A DNA stretch of 64,000 nt from an uncultured delta proteobacterium (GTDB lineage: Bacteria; Desulfobacterota; Binatia; UBA9968). A program made the position numbers and the translations under genes. The stretch is from positions 224,001 through 288,000 of the forward strand of contig CAVYTU010000009.1 in assembly GCA_963771465.1 (NCBI GenBank), in the 5' to 3' direction. Below the pieces are notes generated by a model. The model was not told the origin of the DNA. It saw only the letters and a program-made list of their open reading frames with translations, and searched no databases. Position 1 is the stretch's first letter, and each line of letters opens with the position of its first letter. Positions 51,727-60,441 of this stretch are shown here, piece by piece.

Positions 51727-53151
51727 CTAAAACCGTCGATCCAATATGCGGCGGATCTCGATGACGTCAGAAGAGGGTTTCGAAGATCCTGTCGTCAAGA
51801 GCTTGTATGCGTCTTCGGCGTCCTGCCGGTACTCTCTCCGAAGTCTTACCGCAGCGGCATCGTGAACCGGGAACGTGATCGCGTTGAACTGCGTGAGCGC
51901 GGCTTTGGTGATTTTGCCTAAATCGTCTGGCGTGATCAGATTCTCAAGAGTCTTTGAATGCATAAGGGCGATCACAGCGGCATCGATGTAGTTTCGAAAA
52001 ACGATGACTCCCCGCCCGCTGGCGGAGGTCTTCTTGACTACAAGTTCCGAGGGAAGCTTTTTAAATGAAGAGCTCACCTTTGTGAGGTAATGAATAAAAG
52101 TGGTTACAACCCTGGTTGTCCCGCCCGTCAACCCCTTGGCGACCATCCGTTGCGCCGTCAGCGCGTCGGCTTGGCCAGAGTCGCCGACGAACACATAGCG
52201 ATATTCAGGATAGACCTCTGAAAATTTCAAAAAATTTCTAAACTTCACCTCGCCAATCTCATCTTCTTGTCCCGGAGGGATATCGTCATGCAAGGGATCA
52301 TCGAGTTTGTTCCGTAGCACGGTCTCATGCGTGTCTATGGTTGAACTCACAACGTCTCCCGACAATGCGCTGGGGCACAATTCTCCCGGTAAACTTATCA
52401 AGGCCCGAAGACTAGCCTCTTCTAGAACCCCAGCGACGGGATTGCGTCTGGCTGACAGAGTTGTCACGGGAGTCGCTGTCAGCGCGAAGGGCTCATCTTT
52501 CAAGGAATCGTAGAACTCCAGGACTCCGGGGTACAAGGTTTTCTTTGGATAGCGCGGATCAACGAGATTGGCGTACATCGTATCATCCACGTCGGAGAGA
52601 ACCTTGATGCCGATCTGCCGTGGCGCCTTGCCGAAATGCTCGATGATGCGATTTCGATACTCTTTGATGTCGATGTCGTGGAAGATGTATTCTTCAAGAT
52701 CCTTGTAGTCTCCGTCATATTCCAAGGCCAGCTTAAATAACGCCAGCTCTTTCGGAGCGATCGATAGGATGAGCCGTTCCATCCGTAACTCTCTCGGCTC
52801 ATCGCTCTCATCCTGCCTTGGCGACAGCCTTCTGAAGACTTCGATTTTATCGACCAGGCTAAGCGCGGCGCGGCGAATACGGTTGTCGAGTTCTTGAGCG
52901 CGTCGTTCCAGAGACGAACCCAGAAACGAGTACTGGGGTGCTGTTGGCCTCAGGTAAACATGGAGGAACTCATTGACACGCTTCGGATCAAACTGCCCGT
53001 AGTCGACGACTTGGCATCGATTCATTGAGGACCGGCTCTCAGGCGCTAGCTCGATAGCTTTGCCAACGGGTTTCCTAGACGCGTGTCCTTCAACGATACC
53101 CAGGCCGAAAACCAACGCTAACAACAGCCGCGACGATTTACGGTTGTTCAT
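51727..53151 (-). CDS. Secreted App1/DUF2183-like HAD phosphatase
   Basis: SDVDDT (DxDxT) and FVGDSGQAD motifs; signal peptide; RBS AAAGGG before ATG 53151. Confidence 0.75.
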   Translation of the reverse strand: MNNRKSSRLLLALVFGLGIVEGHASRKPVGKAIELAPESRSSMNRCQVVDYGQFDPKRVNEFLHVYLRPTAPQYSFLGSSLERRAQELDNRIRRAALSLVDKIEVFRRLSPRQDESDEPRELRMERLILSIAPKELALFKLALEYDGDYKDLEEYIFHDIDIKEYRNRIIEHFGKAPRQIGIKVLSDVDDTMYANLVDPRYPKKTLYPGVLEFYDSLKDEPFALTATPVTTLSARRNPVAGVLEEASLRALISLPGELCPSALSGDVVSSTIDTHETVLRNKLDDPLHDDIPPGQEDEIGEVKFRNFLKFSEVYPEYRYVFVGDSGQADALTAQRMVAKGLTGGTTRVVTTFIHYLTKVSSSFKKLPSELVVKKTSASGRGVIVFRNYIDAAVIALMHSKTLENLITPDDLGKITKAALTQFNAITFPVHDAAAVRLRREYRQDAEDAYKLLTTGSSKPSSDVIEIRRILDRRF

Positions 53152-53185
53152 GTTGATCCCTTTCACTATGCGCCAATTTTCGCCC

Positions 53186-53338
53186 GAGAGGTAGGCGGAG
53201 CGCACCGTCTGAGTATCGTTGCTGGTCAGGCCAACGATGGCGAGAGCGAAGTAGGCGACGACCGCGCGCGAGCCAGCCGACCGACAAGGTGGTATGCGCG
53301 GTGAGTGCGAATTTGCGGAGACTTGGTTTCATCGTCAT
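53186..53338 (-). pseudogene. Truncated, frameshifted paralog of the membrane protein at 58068-58733
   Basis: MTMKPSLRKFALTAHTTLSVGWL[frameshift]AVVAYFALAIVGLTSNDTQTVRSAYLS versus MTMTPRLRKFALTAHITFSVGWLGAVVPYLALAIVGLTSDDAQMVRAAYLS. Confidence 0.85.
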
Positions 53339-53342
53339 CGCC

Positions 53343-53402
53343 TCCGAATGCTAAGCTAGGGGCGGTCCGTCAGGGCCTTCCACCTTCGGCGAATTGTTGA
53401 GC
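53343..53402 (-). repeat. attC site (R' core mutated to ATT)
   Basis: Minus strand: GCTCAAC aattcgccgaaggtggaaggccctgacggaccgcccctagcttagc ATTCGGA, 1 bp after the GFA stop codon. Confidence 0.7.
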
Positions 53403-53403
53403 C

Positions 53404-53802
53404 TCACAGATAGCTTGTAATGGCTGGTGTCGAATGCTTGTCGTGCTTGCCGTCGACGTAGATTATTGGCGCGGCGGCAAGCTCTTCGGGTGTGACGTCT
53501 TCCAGGCACCCCAAGTTAACCCCATAAACTCGATTAGCGTCCGGCGCGTTACCAATGCCAAAAGAGCGCACGCCGCAGTGTTTGCAGAAATAGTGCTCGT
53601 TGCGCTTGGTGTTGAACAAGTATTGGGTTAGCTCTGACTGGCCGGAAATAAGGCGAAACGCTTCTGGTTTCACGACTGCAGGCCAAAAACGGTTTCTTGA
53701 GCAGATTGAACAGTTACACCGATAAGTCGCGGCGGTCAGATCGATATCAGCCTCGAAACGGACGGCGCCGCAATGACAACTGCCTCTATACGTCTTCAGC
53801 AT
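53404..53802 (-). CDS. GFA (CENP-V) family protein (cassette)
   Basis: GSCHCG, CNCSIC and FCKHCG motifs. Confidence 0.93.
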   Translation of the reverse strand: MLKTYRGSCHCGAVRFEADIDLTAATYRCNCSICSRNRFWPAVVKPEAFRLISGQSELTQYLFNTKRNEHYFCKHCGVRSFGIGNAPDANRVYGVNLGCLEDVTPEELAAAPIIYVDGKHDKHSTPAITSYL

Positions 53803-53956
53803 TCTTCAGTCCTCGCAAGATTTCCAATGAAGTTCAACGAGTGAACGGCGATATAATTCGAGATAGTTATCGCCTTCATCGGCAGTGGATCCTGGCTAAT
53901 GATGTCCAATGGGTAGCTGCTGCTGTTTTGCCTGGGGTTAAACATCCTCACTCTAT

Positions 53957-54534
53957 CTAATTGTCACGTTTATGCTCGTAGTGAAGGCAAGCAACACCGG
54001 ATGAAAACATGTTACTTGCAACGAGTTTTAGTGCCACCTTATCTGTAATGCCTTTGAACAACGGAATTCCTCGGCCTAGTAAAACTGGATTAACAAATAA
54101 CCAGTAATCGTCAATTAACTTTTCTGTCATTAGCGAATGCGCAGCGGTCGGACTTCCGAACATCAATATATCTTTACCCGCGTCTTGTTTAAGTTTAACG
54201 ATTTCGGCAGCTAGATTACCGTCAATAATTTTTGTGTTGGTCAGACTTTGCCCCGTTCATGGCTCTTCGACAACACAACTTTTGTTACTCTGTTATACCA
54301 TCTTGAATGCTCAACATCGTGTTTAGTTGCTGTCGGTAGTTGTGCCGCTGTCGGCCAATAGCTTTCCATCATTTGATAGGTTACTCGTCCGTACAAAGCT
54401 GTGTCAGCTTCGTTGGTCCGTTGCCCCGCAAAATCAAATATTTCTTCGTCGACGTTGATCCAGTCCATTTCTCCGTTCGGTCCCGCCACAAAGCCATCAA
54501 GTGATGTGTGTATAAATAAAACTAATTTTCTCAT
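53957..54534 (-). pseudogene. Dihydrofolate reductase/RibD C-terminal family protein with one frameshift (~54260)
   Basis: SLDGFVAG and GRVTY in one frame; FGSPT...LIDDY...PVLLGRG in another; AT-richer than flanks. Confidence 0.85.
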
Positions 54535-54639
54535 TTTGTCGGTCCGTTCAGTTGGTTAGTTAAGTTGCTTGTTAAATCGATTCTCAGTTGCGAAGTCATC
54601 TAGTTGCCGCTGGATTCCGGGTTCGGCCAACGGCGCCAA

Positions 54640-54942
54640 TCATCGCTGTGCTCTCCTCCAAGGACTGCCGATGCCGTCACGCTCCGCGATCCAACCACAG
54701 GGTAAGTCCGCCAACTCGCAAATGCTCGGGTCGTGGTCAACGATCGTGCTCAACGCCACAATCATCGCATCGCCGTCCGAAACCTGTGCCGCGCCAGTGT
54801 GAAACTGCCATGCGCCGTCCTCGTCGTCGTGCGAGACGTGGAGAATAGGCTGGCCGAGGCGCAAGACCTGTGTTGTCGTGAAGACCGCGACGTTCCGCGG
54901 GTCTGCAAACGGCCAATCTTGTGTTGTGCTTCGTGTTTTCAC
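54640..54942 (-). CDS. DUF2185/Imm33-like hypothetical protein (cassette)
   Basis: VSHDDEDGAWQF...DPSICELADLPCGW. Confidence 0.65.
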   Translation of the reverse strand: MKTRSTTQDWPFADPRNVAVFTTTQVLRLGQPILHVSHDDEDGAWQFHTGAAQVSDGDAMIVALSTIVDHDPSICELADLPCGWIAERDGIGSPWRRAQR

Positions 54943-54958
54943 GCGAGGTGGGACCTCC

Positions 54959-55043
54959 GCCTAATATTTGCATTCACCGCCCTGCGCGGCTTTTTCCAGT
55001 CCGTTGCAAAGAGGATAGCGCCTGTGACAGTGCATTGTTTTTC
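54959..55043 (-). repeat. Degenerate attC site
   Basis: Minus strand: GAAAAAC aatgcactg...gcggtgaatgcaaat ATTAGGC, overlapping the cupin stop codon. Confidence 0.5.
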
Positions 55044-55524
55044 AATAGGGTGTTCCATTCTTATGCAAGAACTGCCACTTCCCGTCATCACCCAATACGG
55101 CTTGTAAGTCGTCGTCGGGGTATGCCCCGGAATCGCCAGCAGTACGGTCGCCCACTTCGAGATAAAGGACGTCTTCGTTCGCTCGGTTTACGAGTTGATG
55201 TCCGTTTCCAGTGCCAGCCTTGAAACCGGCGCACATTCCTGGAAAAAGCGGCGTCTCGCCTTGATCCGTGATGAGTACCGGCTGTCCCGCCAAGATGTAC
55301 ACGAATTCATCCTGTTTCGAGTGGGCGTGGCGGAGTGCGGAGCATGCACCCGGAATCAGGCGCGTAAGATTCACACCAAAGTTCGCCAAACCGAACATGT
55401 CACCAAGCGCGCGCTTTTCTCGGCCAGCCATGCGCGACGCGAACGGCTCTGGATAGTTTGACGGCTTGGTTCGAGGTGGTGCGTCCAAGGCAGCGATTGC
55501 TGTTGGGAACTCTGTATTCGCCAT
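55042..55524 (-). CDS. Cupin domain protein (cassette)
   Basis: SNYPEPF, FGVNL, SALRHAHSKQDEF and YPDDDL motifs. Confidence 0.9.
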   Translation of the reverse strand: MANTEFPTAIAALDAPPRTKPSNYPEPFASRMAGREKRALGDMFGLANFGVNLTRLIPGACSALRHAHSKQDEFVYILAGQPVLITDQGETPLFPGMCAGFKAGTGNGHQLVNRANEDVLYLEVGDRTAGDSGAYPDDDLQAVLGDDGKWQFLHKNGTPY

Positions 55525-55547
55525 AGAGACTCCGGGTTGTTGATGGT

Positions 55548-55619
55548 TCTTAACGCCAAGCTCAGCCGCGACTCGCCGCGCAACGGAAGCGGGACGTCGG
55601 CTTGAATCGATTGTTGGCG
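55548..55619 (-). repeat. attC site (intact core)
   Basis: Minus strand: CGCCAAC aatcgattcaagccgac...gcggctgagcttggc GTTAAGA, directly after the stop codon; resembles aadA-type attC. Confidence 0.9.
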
Positions 55620-56021
55620 TCATTTGCTCGATACAGGAACCAGCATATTGGCGTCGCGTGCCAGCACCCACCTGCCATCCTGCTTCCTGAGAATAGAGAG
55701 CGTATGCCCTGCACGCGTCATAGGTTGAGCTCCGCCCGGCGGAGTGACTACGACCGTGAGCTTTGTCCACATGAAAGCCCAGTCTTCTAGCACCTTGATT
55801 TCTTGTATCTCACTCGTGCCCTCGAACTGCGGCGCCGTTTGACCTGATTGCGCGCGCGATGCTGTCGCGAACGCGGACTTTCCGACCATGGGCGGTTGGC
55901 CAGCTATAAGAAATACAACATCGTCGGCCATCAGGCTCAAAACTGTTTCGATGTCACCGGCTTTCGTCGCAGTCATCCAGGTTGCGACCAACTGACGTAT
56001 CTCGCTCTCATCACTTTGCAT
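55620..56021 (-). CDS. SgcJ/EcaC (DUF4440, NTF2-like) family protein (cassette)
   Basis: DESEIRQLVATW...LMADDVVFL...WVLARDANM. Confidence 0.88.
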   Translation of the reverse strand: MQSDESEIRQLVATWMTATKAGDIETVLSLMADDVVFLIAGQPPMVGKSAFATASRAQSGQTAPQFEGTSEIQEIKVLEDWAFMWTKLTVVVTPPGGAQPMTRAGHTLSILRKQDGRWVLARDANMLVPVSSK

Positions 56022-56036
56022 GTGTGCTCCTTATGA

Positions 56037-56104
56037 CGCCAACGCTTTGCGGCTGAGCGGCTTTGTTTTTCTGAAGCTCCGTCGTTACACACTGATTCTT
56101 GGAT
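56037..56104 (-). repeat. Degenerate attC site
   Basis: Minus strand: ATCCAAG...gccgctcagccgcaaagc GTTGGCG; GTTGGCG is complementary to the CGCCAAC that ends the same cassette. Confidence 0.55.
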
Positions 56105-56341
56105 GGACTCACTTGGCCGCGTGGCACTCGCGATATCTATCTAAGAGGAACAAAGATCGATAAGTGACTCTGATGTGGATAGTTTCTTGAACCGCCTGGT
56201 GAAATGCGATTGCCTGGGTTTGATATATATATCGCAAGCGGCAAACTGCTTTGCCACAAATTCCCGGGCTCTTTTGCATGATCTCCGATCGAACATACAG
56301 CTCCCCTCAATAGGCATAGATTATTACAGATCTGAATGCTC

Positions 56342-56405
56342 GTCTAATGTCGACGCTAAGCGACGCATCGTCGCGGGGCGTCCCGTCAGCGCGCCCATGT
56401 TAGAC
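56342..56405 (-). repeat. attC site (R' core mutated to ATT)
   Basis: Minus strand: GTCTAAC atgggcgcgctgacgggacgc...gcgtcgcttagcgtcgac ATTAGAC. Confidence 0.75.
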
Positions 56406-56471
56406 GGCCTGCGGATCAAAATGAGCGCATCACTCTTCAAGACTCATACTGCTTCGCCGGTGCGACGCGAC

Positions 56472-57848
56472 TCAAGGCAATGGGCGAATGTTCTGGTTGA
56501 TGTGGAAGAAATTACTTGGGTCGTACTTGGTCTTGATCTCCTGGAGCCGCCGATAGTTGGCCCCGTACGCGGCGGCGATCGGATCGCCTGTTTCGTCGTC
56601 GCCCAAGTAATTCACATAGCGGCCGGAGCCGACGAAGGGCTCCATCGCCGCATAGGTTTCCCGCCCCCAGGCAATGCAGCGATCGCTATTTGCCGGCTCC
56701 ATCCATTCGGAGAGCACGACGAGGTTGTAACCATCCGCGCGGTGCGGGAACGCCGTGTCGCCGGTCCCTATCCGGGCTGCGGCGCCGTGGAAGTGCTCGA
56801 GGAGTAGCTGGCCCATTGGGGTGGGGCAGCGGTCGAAGCACTCGACCATCGTGTCGATAGCATCGTCGCTCAGTTGTGCGAGGAAGCTCGACTTCCAATA
56901 ATTGAGCGCCCCTTTCGGATAGGCGCCGTCGAGCATCGCGTTGAGCTGACAGTAAGGCATGGGGCCGAGCGCGTCCATGAGCGGAGTACCGAATTGCTTG
57001 AGCGGCCGCATCGCCGTTTCTCCCTCGGCAAGCGAGCCACAGTGACCCGTCACCATCGCCGCCAGCTTCGTGCCAGAGCCGTCGCCGGCGTGGATGAGGC
57101 CCGCGAACACGGTGAATTCGTCTGGCAGCGACACAGTGAAATCCCGGTAGAACTTCAGTACGTCGCGGGCGCGGTCGAACGGGTGCGCGACCAGGCCGCC
57201 TGTGATCGTGGGCCCGACCGGATGAAGCTGATATTCGAAGGACGTCGCCACGCCGAAGTTTCCACCACCACCTCGAACGGCCCAGAAAAGATCAGGCAGT
57301 TCATCCTTGCTCGTCTGCAACACCTGGCCTTCGGCGGTAACAATTTCAACCGACCGAAGATTGTCGAGTGCCAGGCCGTACTTGCCCATCAGCCAACCAA
57401 GTCCACCGCCGAGTGTGAGTCCAGCGATGCCAGTGGTCGACACCACACCGCCCGTGACCGCCAGGCCGTGCAACTGCGTCTCGCGGTTGAGCTCGGCCCA
57501 AGTGACTCCGCCCTGGGCCCGCACGGTACGGGCGTAGGGGTCGACGTGGATGCCTTTCATCGGCATGAGGTCGATCATCAGCCCGCTATCGACGGTGGCG
57601 CGCCCGGCCACGTTGTGGCCGCCGCCACGGATCGCCACCTCAAGACTTAGCTTTCGCGCGAGGTTGACGGCGTCGACGACATCGGCCACGCCATGGCATC
57701 GCGCAATCAATGCCGGCCGTTTGTTCACTAAACCATTGTGGACTTTCCTTGCCTCCTCGTAGCCCGCATCGCTGGGCTGTAGGAGTTGCCCGGAGAACTT
57801 GCTAGCAAGCTCGATGACAGCGTCGGCAACGGATGGAACTGAAGTCAT
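56472..57848 (-). CDS. FAD-binding oxidoreductase (berberine bridge enzyme-like; cassette)
   Basis: RGGGHN, TLGGGLG, GGGGNFGV, YVNY and KYDP.N.F motifs. Confidence 0.93.
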   Translation of the reverse strand: MTSVPSVADAVIELASKFSGQLLQPSDAGYEEARKVHNGLVNKRPALIARCHGVADVVDAVNLARKLSLEVAIRGGGHNVAGRATVDSGLMIDLMPMKGIHVDPYARTVRAQGGVTWAELNRETQLHGLAVTGGVVSTTGIAGLTLGGGLGWLMGKYGLALDNLRSVEIVTAEGQVLQTSKDELPDLFWAVRGGGGNFGVATSFEYQLHPVGPTITGGLVAHPFDRARDVLKFYRDFTVSLPDEFTVFAGLIHAGDGSGTKLAAMVTGHCGSLAEGETAMRPLKQFGTPLMDALGPMPYCQLNAMLDGAYPKGALNYWKSSFLAQLSDDAIDTMVECFDRCPTPMGQLLLEHFHGAAARIGTGDTAFPHRADGYNLVVLSEWMEPANSDRCIAWGRETYAAMEPFVGSGRYVNYLGDDETGDPIAAAYGANYRRLQEIKTKYDPSNFFHINQNIRPLP

Positions 57849-57899
57849 AGCGTCTCTCTCCTTCGTGTAGGGTTGATGAATCTAAAATTTGATAAGACC

Positions 57900-57965
57900 G
57901 TCTAACAGCTTGCCGATGAGCTGCTGGCGCCGCAGGCGACCGTCGGATTCATCCGCTTGTTGGCC
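57900..57965 (-). repeat. attC site (intact core)
   Basis: Minus strand: GGCCAAC aagcggatgaatccgac...gcagctcatcggcaagct GTTAGAC. Confidence 0.85.
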
Positions 57966-58067
57966 AGTATATTCTTGCTCTAAATAATCCGTCGAACGTG
58001 AAACGTAAACAGTCTCGGCCCTCTTGCGACAAGTGTACGACCAAACGCGTGGAGCTTCATGCGATGC

Positions 58068-58733
58068 TCAATGGCCCCGCAGGCCACCGCCGGTGAGATG
58101 CAGTATGACAAACAGCAGGACAAGGCCGATGGCGTGAATGGCGTGAATACCAACTACGCGCATCCAGCGTGGCGTACTGGTCGCAAATACCGGCGCGCGC
58201 ACCAAGGTGGCGTTGTCGCTGGGACGGGGCTGCGATAGCTGACGCCGGCCGTAAGAGGTCATGCCCCACGGCTTGAACAACGACACTGCCGTGACCGCAA
58301 GCAACACCAACAAGCCGCCCGCAGCGTGGACCACGAGTTGAACTCGCAGCGCGCGGAAATCGGCATTGGACAATATCGTCTCCGCCGCGATCCGTGACAT
58401 GCGGCTCACTGCCTGCATGTGACCAAGCAAGACGACGGTGGCACCCGTCGTCAGCAGGAACTTCACCAGTATCCACCAGTATCGGAACAAGCCCCACGGA
58501 GTGCCCAATGACTGGACAAGCCCGCTCAACAGTGCGGCGACGCTCAATGGGACGATGACAAACCAGCCAATCAACTCCATCGAGAGATACGCGGCGCGCA
58601 CCATCTGAGCATCGTCGCTGGTCAGACCGACGATGGCGAGAGCCAGGTAAGGAACGACGGCGCCGAGCCAGCCGACGGAGAAAGTGATGTGCGCAGTGAG
58701 CGCGAACTTGCGGAGGCGTGGTGTCATCGTCAT
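58068..58733 (-). CDS. DUF2269-like membrane protein (cassette)
   Basis: LTAH..SVGWLG, LGTPWGLFRYWW..K and KPWG motifs; multiple TM helices. Confidence 0.75.
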   Translation of the reverse strand: MTMTPRLRKFALTAHITFSVGWLGAVVPYLALAIVGLTSDDAQMVRAAYLSMELIGWFVIVPLSVAALLSGLVQSLGTPWGLFRYWWILVKFLLTTGATVVLLGHMQAVSRMSRIAAETILSNADFRALRVQLVVHAAGGLLVLLAVTAVSLFKPWGMTSYGRRQLSQPRPSDNATLVRAPVFATSTPRWMRVVGIHAIHAIGLVLLFVILHLTGGGLRGH

Positions 58734-58784
58734 AACATGTCCATTCTTTGTTTTGTTTTTGTTGATCGCGAAATGCTCGCTACC

Positions 58785-58846
58785 GCCTAACGTTCCCACT
58801 GAGACGCGCGAGTCTTTCACGCGTCGGACTCGAACCGGTGTTAGGC
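58785..58846 (-). repeat. attC site (intact core)
   Basis: Minus strand: GCCTAAC accggttcgagtccgacgcg...cgcgtctcagtgggaac GTTAGGC. Confidence 0.85.
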
Positions 58847-58996
58847 AACCGCGTCGATAATTGGACTTATCCCCTTTTTCTCTGCCGATTCTATGGTGCA
58901 GTGGTGTATTAGAATTGTCATCTCTATCGCTTTTCATACGCGGCTGCGCCGATGACGCTCCCGCGGCGCGGTAATCTGAAAGGTCGCCACCTTCGC

Positions 58997-59188
58997 TCAA
59001 TCGGGGCCAAGCAACACCGGCAGAAGGAAGGTCCAGATTATTACCGCGGCACCCGTTACAATCACGCCCAGCACCATGGCCCAGGTCAGATGCTTGGAAC
59101 TAAGGTACTTTCCCCGTGTGGAATGCGCGTGCTCCGCTTTCTTTTGTTCTCGCTCTTGTCGATGGGACAGATCGCCCTCGTTGCTCAT
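58997..59188 (-). CDS. Small membrane protein (cassette)
   Basis: RBS AAGGAG; 63 aa with a C-terminal TM helix. Confidence 0.6.
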   Translation of the reverse strand: MSNEGDLSHRQEREQKKAEHAHSTRGKYLSSKHLTWAMVLGVIVTGAAVIIWTFLLPVLLGPD

Positions 59189-59251
59189 ATCGTCTCCTTT
59201 TTCCTGGCAACAAAACTATGAATAGCATTTGATCACTTCGCACCGTCATTG

Positions 59252-59310
59252 AGCTAACGTGGCGTCAACCGCGCCCGCTTGCGGGCATGGGCTGCATAGC
59301 AGGAAATGAT
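59252..59310 (-). repeat. Partial attC site (only the R'/L' half is recognisable)
   Basis: Minus strand: ...gcccgcaagcgggcgcggttgacgccac GTTAGCT. Confidence 0.45.
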
Positions 59311-59913
59311 TTATGTCTCTTGTATCCAACCAACGCTTTTCGCCCATTCCAACCGTTTGCGTTTGGCTTCCGCAAGGTCGCGGGGCGGCTTGCCTCCCTC
59401 AGATTCGACTTCCTTTCGGTGCGCCGCCAAGTCATCATCTTGTGTGGCGGGCAGTCCCATGTCCCGTCTTCTCGCATCAAGATTGACCGGGTCTTCAACT
59501 ACGCATGAAAGCTCACCCTGCTCATTCCAATCCAACACCGTCCCATACATCTGGGGTTTGTTTTCATTGAATCGAATCCTATCAATTAGAAAGGCAACCT
59601 GCGCTTTTGGGACCTCGCCGTTTTCAGCAGCCTCGGTGACAAGCGCGAGAAACCTCCGCTGCAAATCAGGAGTACATATGGAATGTTGGGCGATTAGCCA
59701 AGCCGCGCGGCAACCCTCGAGGCCGACTAGTGAAATGGTCGGCCAACCATGCTGCGAGATGACTTCATTCAGCCGGTGTGCGTTTTCCCGGTGCACTTGT
59801 TGCATTTCCTCGGCATAACCGTCATACAGCCGGCCCTCCCGCACCAACCGTGAACGAGTGTCCGCGTCGCGTTGCTTCATCGCGAGCAATTCATCGAACA
59901 AGTGCTGATTCAT
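59311..59913 (-). CDS. DUF6624-like protein (cassette)
   Basis: HGWPTISLVG...AWLIAQHS...DRI...PQMYGT...LDARR..MGL. Confidence 0.8.
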   Translation of the reverse strand: MNQHLFDELLAMKQRDADTRSRLVREGRLYDGYAEEMQQVHRENAHRLNEVISQHGWPTISLVGLEGCRAAWLIAQHSICTPDLQRRFLALVTEAAENGEVPKAQVAFLIDRIRFNENKPQMYGTVLDWNEQGELSCVVEDPVNLDARRRDMGLPATQDDDLAAHRKEVESEGGKPPRDLAEAKRKRLEWAKSVGWIQET

Positions 59914-59934
59914 GAGCTTCGCCCCATATGAGAA

Positions 59935-60021
59935 GCACGACGTTTTGGTGAGTGGCCCACCGGCACGACAGAAGAATGAGGGCACCGCTTTCTGCCCGTC
60001 CGCTCCACCTAAATATTGGGC
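59935..60021 (-). repeat. Degenerate attC site
   Basis: Minus strand: GCCCAAT atttaggtggagcggacgggcag...gccggtgggccactcaccaaaac GTCGTGC. Confidence 0.65.
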
Positions 60022-60029
60022 GTCTGTCA

Positions 60030-60308
60030 TTAATGGCCGAATCCTCCACAAATCGCTTTTGCCTCGTCCCAGCATGAAGCACAAAAGATCTTGAATTCTG
60101 CGTCTTCAAACCATTGCTCAGATGACGCACCACTAAGGGCGACGAGGGCTTTTTCACATTGTGCGCACCAAGCATCAGGCCGAGCCGTGTCAGTGTCGTC
60201 GCCCCAGTAGAACCCGACTTTCTCTCCACGGTCCACGGCGTGAGCTACATGTGTACAAACAAGGCCTATGCCTTGCTGTCCGTGCACCGGGCAATTCGTC
60301 TGCTTCAA
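60030..60308 (-). CDS. Small Cys/His-rich hypothetical protein (cassette)
   Basis: CPVH, CTH, WCAQC and CASC motifs; TTG start just after GTTAGGC. Confidence 0.65.
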   Translation of the reverse strand: MKQTNCPVHGQQGIGLVCTHVAHAVDRGEKVGFYWGDDTDTARPDAWCAQCEKALVALSGASSEQWFEDAEFKIFCASCWDEAKAICGGFGH

Positions 60309-60316
60309 TTGAAAAC

Positions 60317-60441
60317 GCCTAACGCATGGTTGCGGCAACTTGCGGCAACACGGGCAAAAGTGCTGCCTACACCACTTTGGTGGCTATGCACCACATCGTG
60401 CCCGTGTCCTTCACGCCGACCGGAGACCGCCAGCATTACAT
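60317..60441 (-). repeat. Long degenerate attC site
   Basis: Internal stems acacgggca/tgcccgtgt and cacca/tggtg; ends gcaaccatgc GTTAGGC; R'' is degenerate. Confidence 0.55.

Noticed and set aside
53832-53946. attC between the DHFR-like and GFA genes
   Set aside because: A GTTGAAC core and a hairpin are present, but boundaries are ambiguous, so it is not listed as a feature
58068-60084. Long N-terminal extensions of ORFs 58068-59000, 59311-60084 and 55042-55770 in the ORF track
   Set aside because: They read through attC sites; downstream ATG starts inside each cassette fit better
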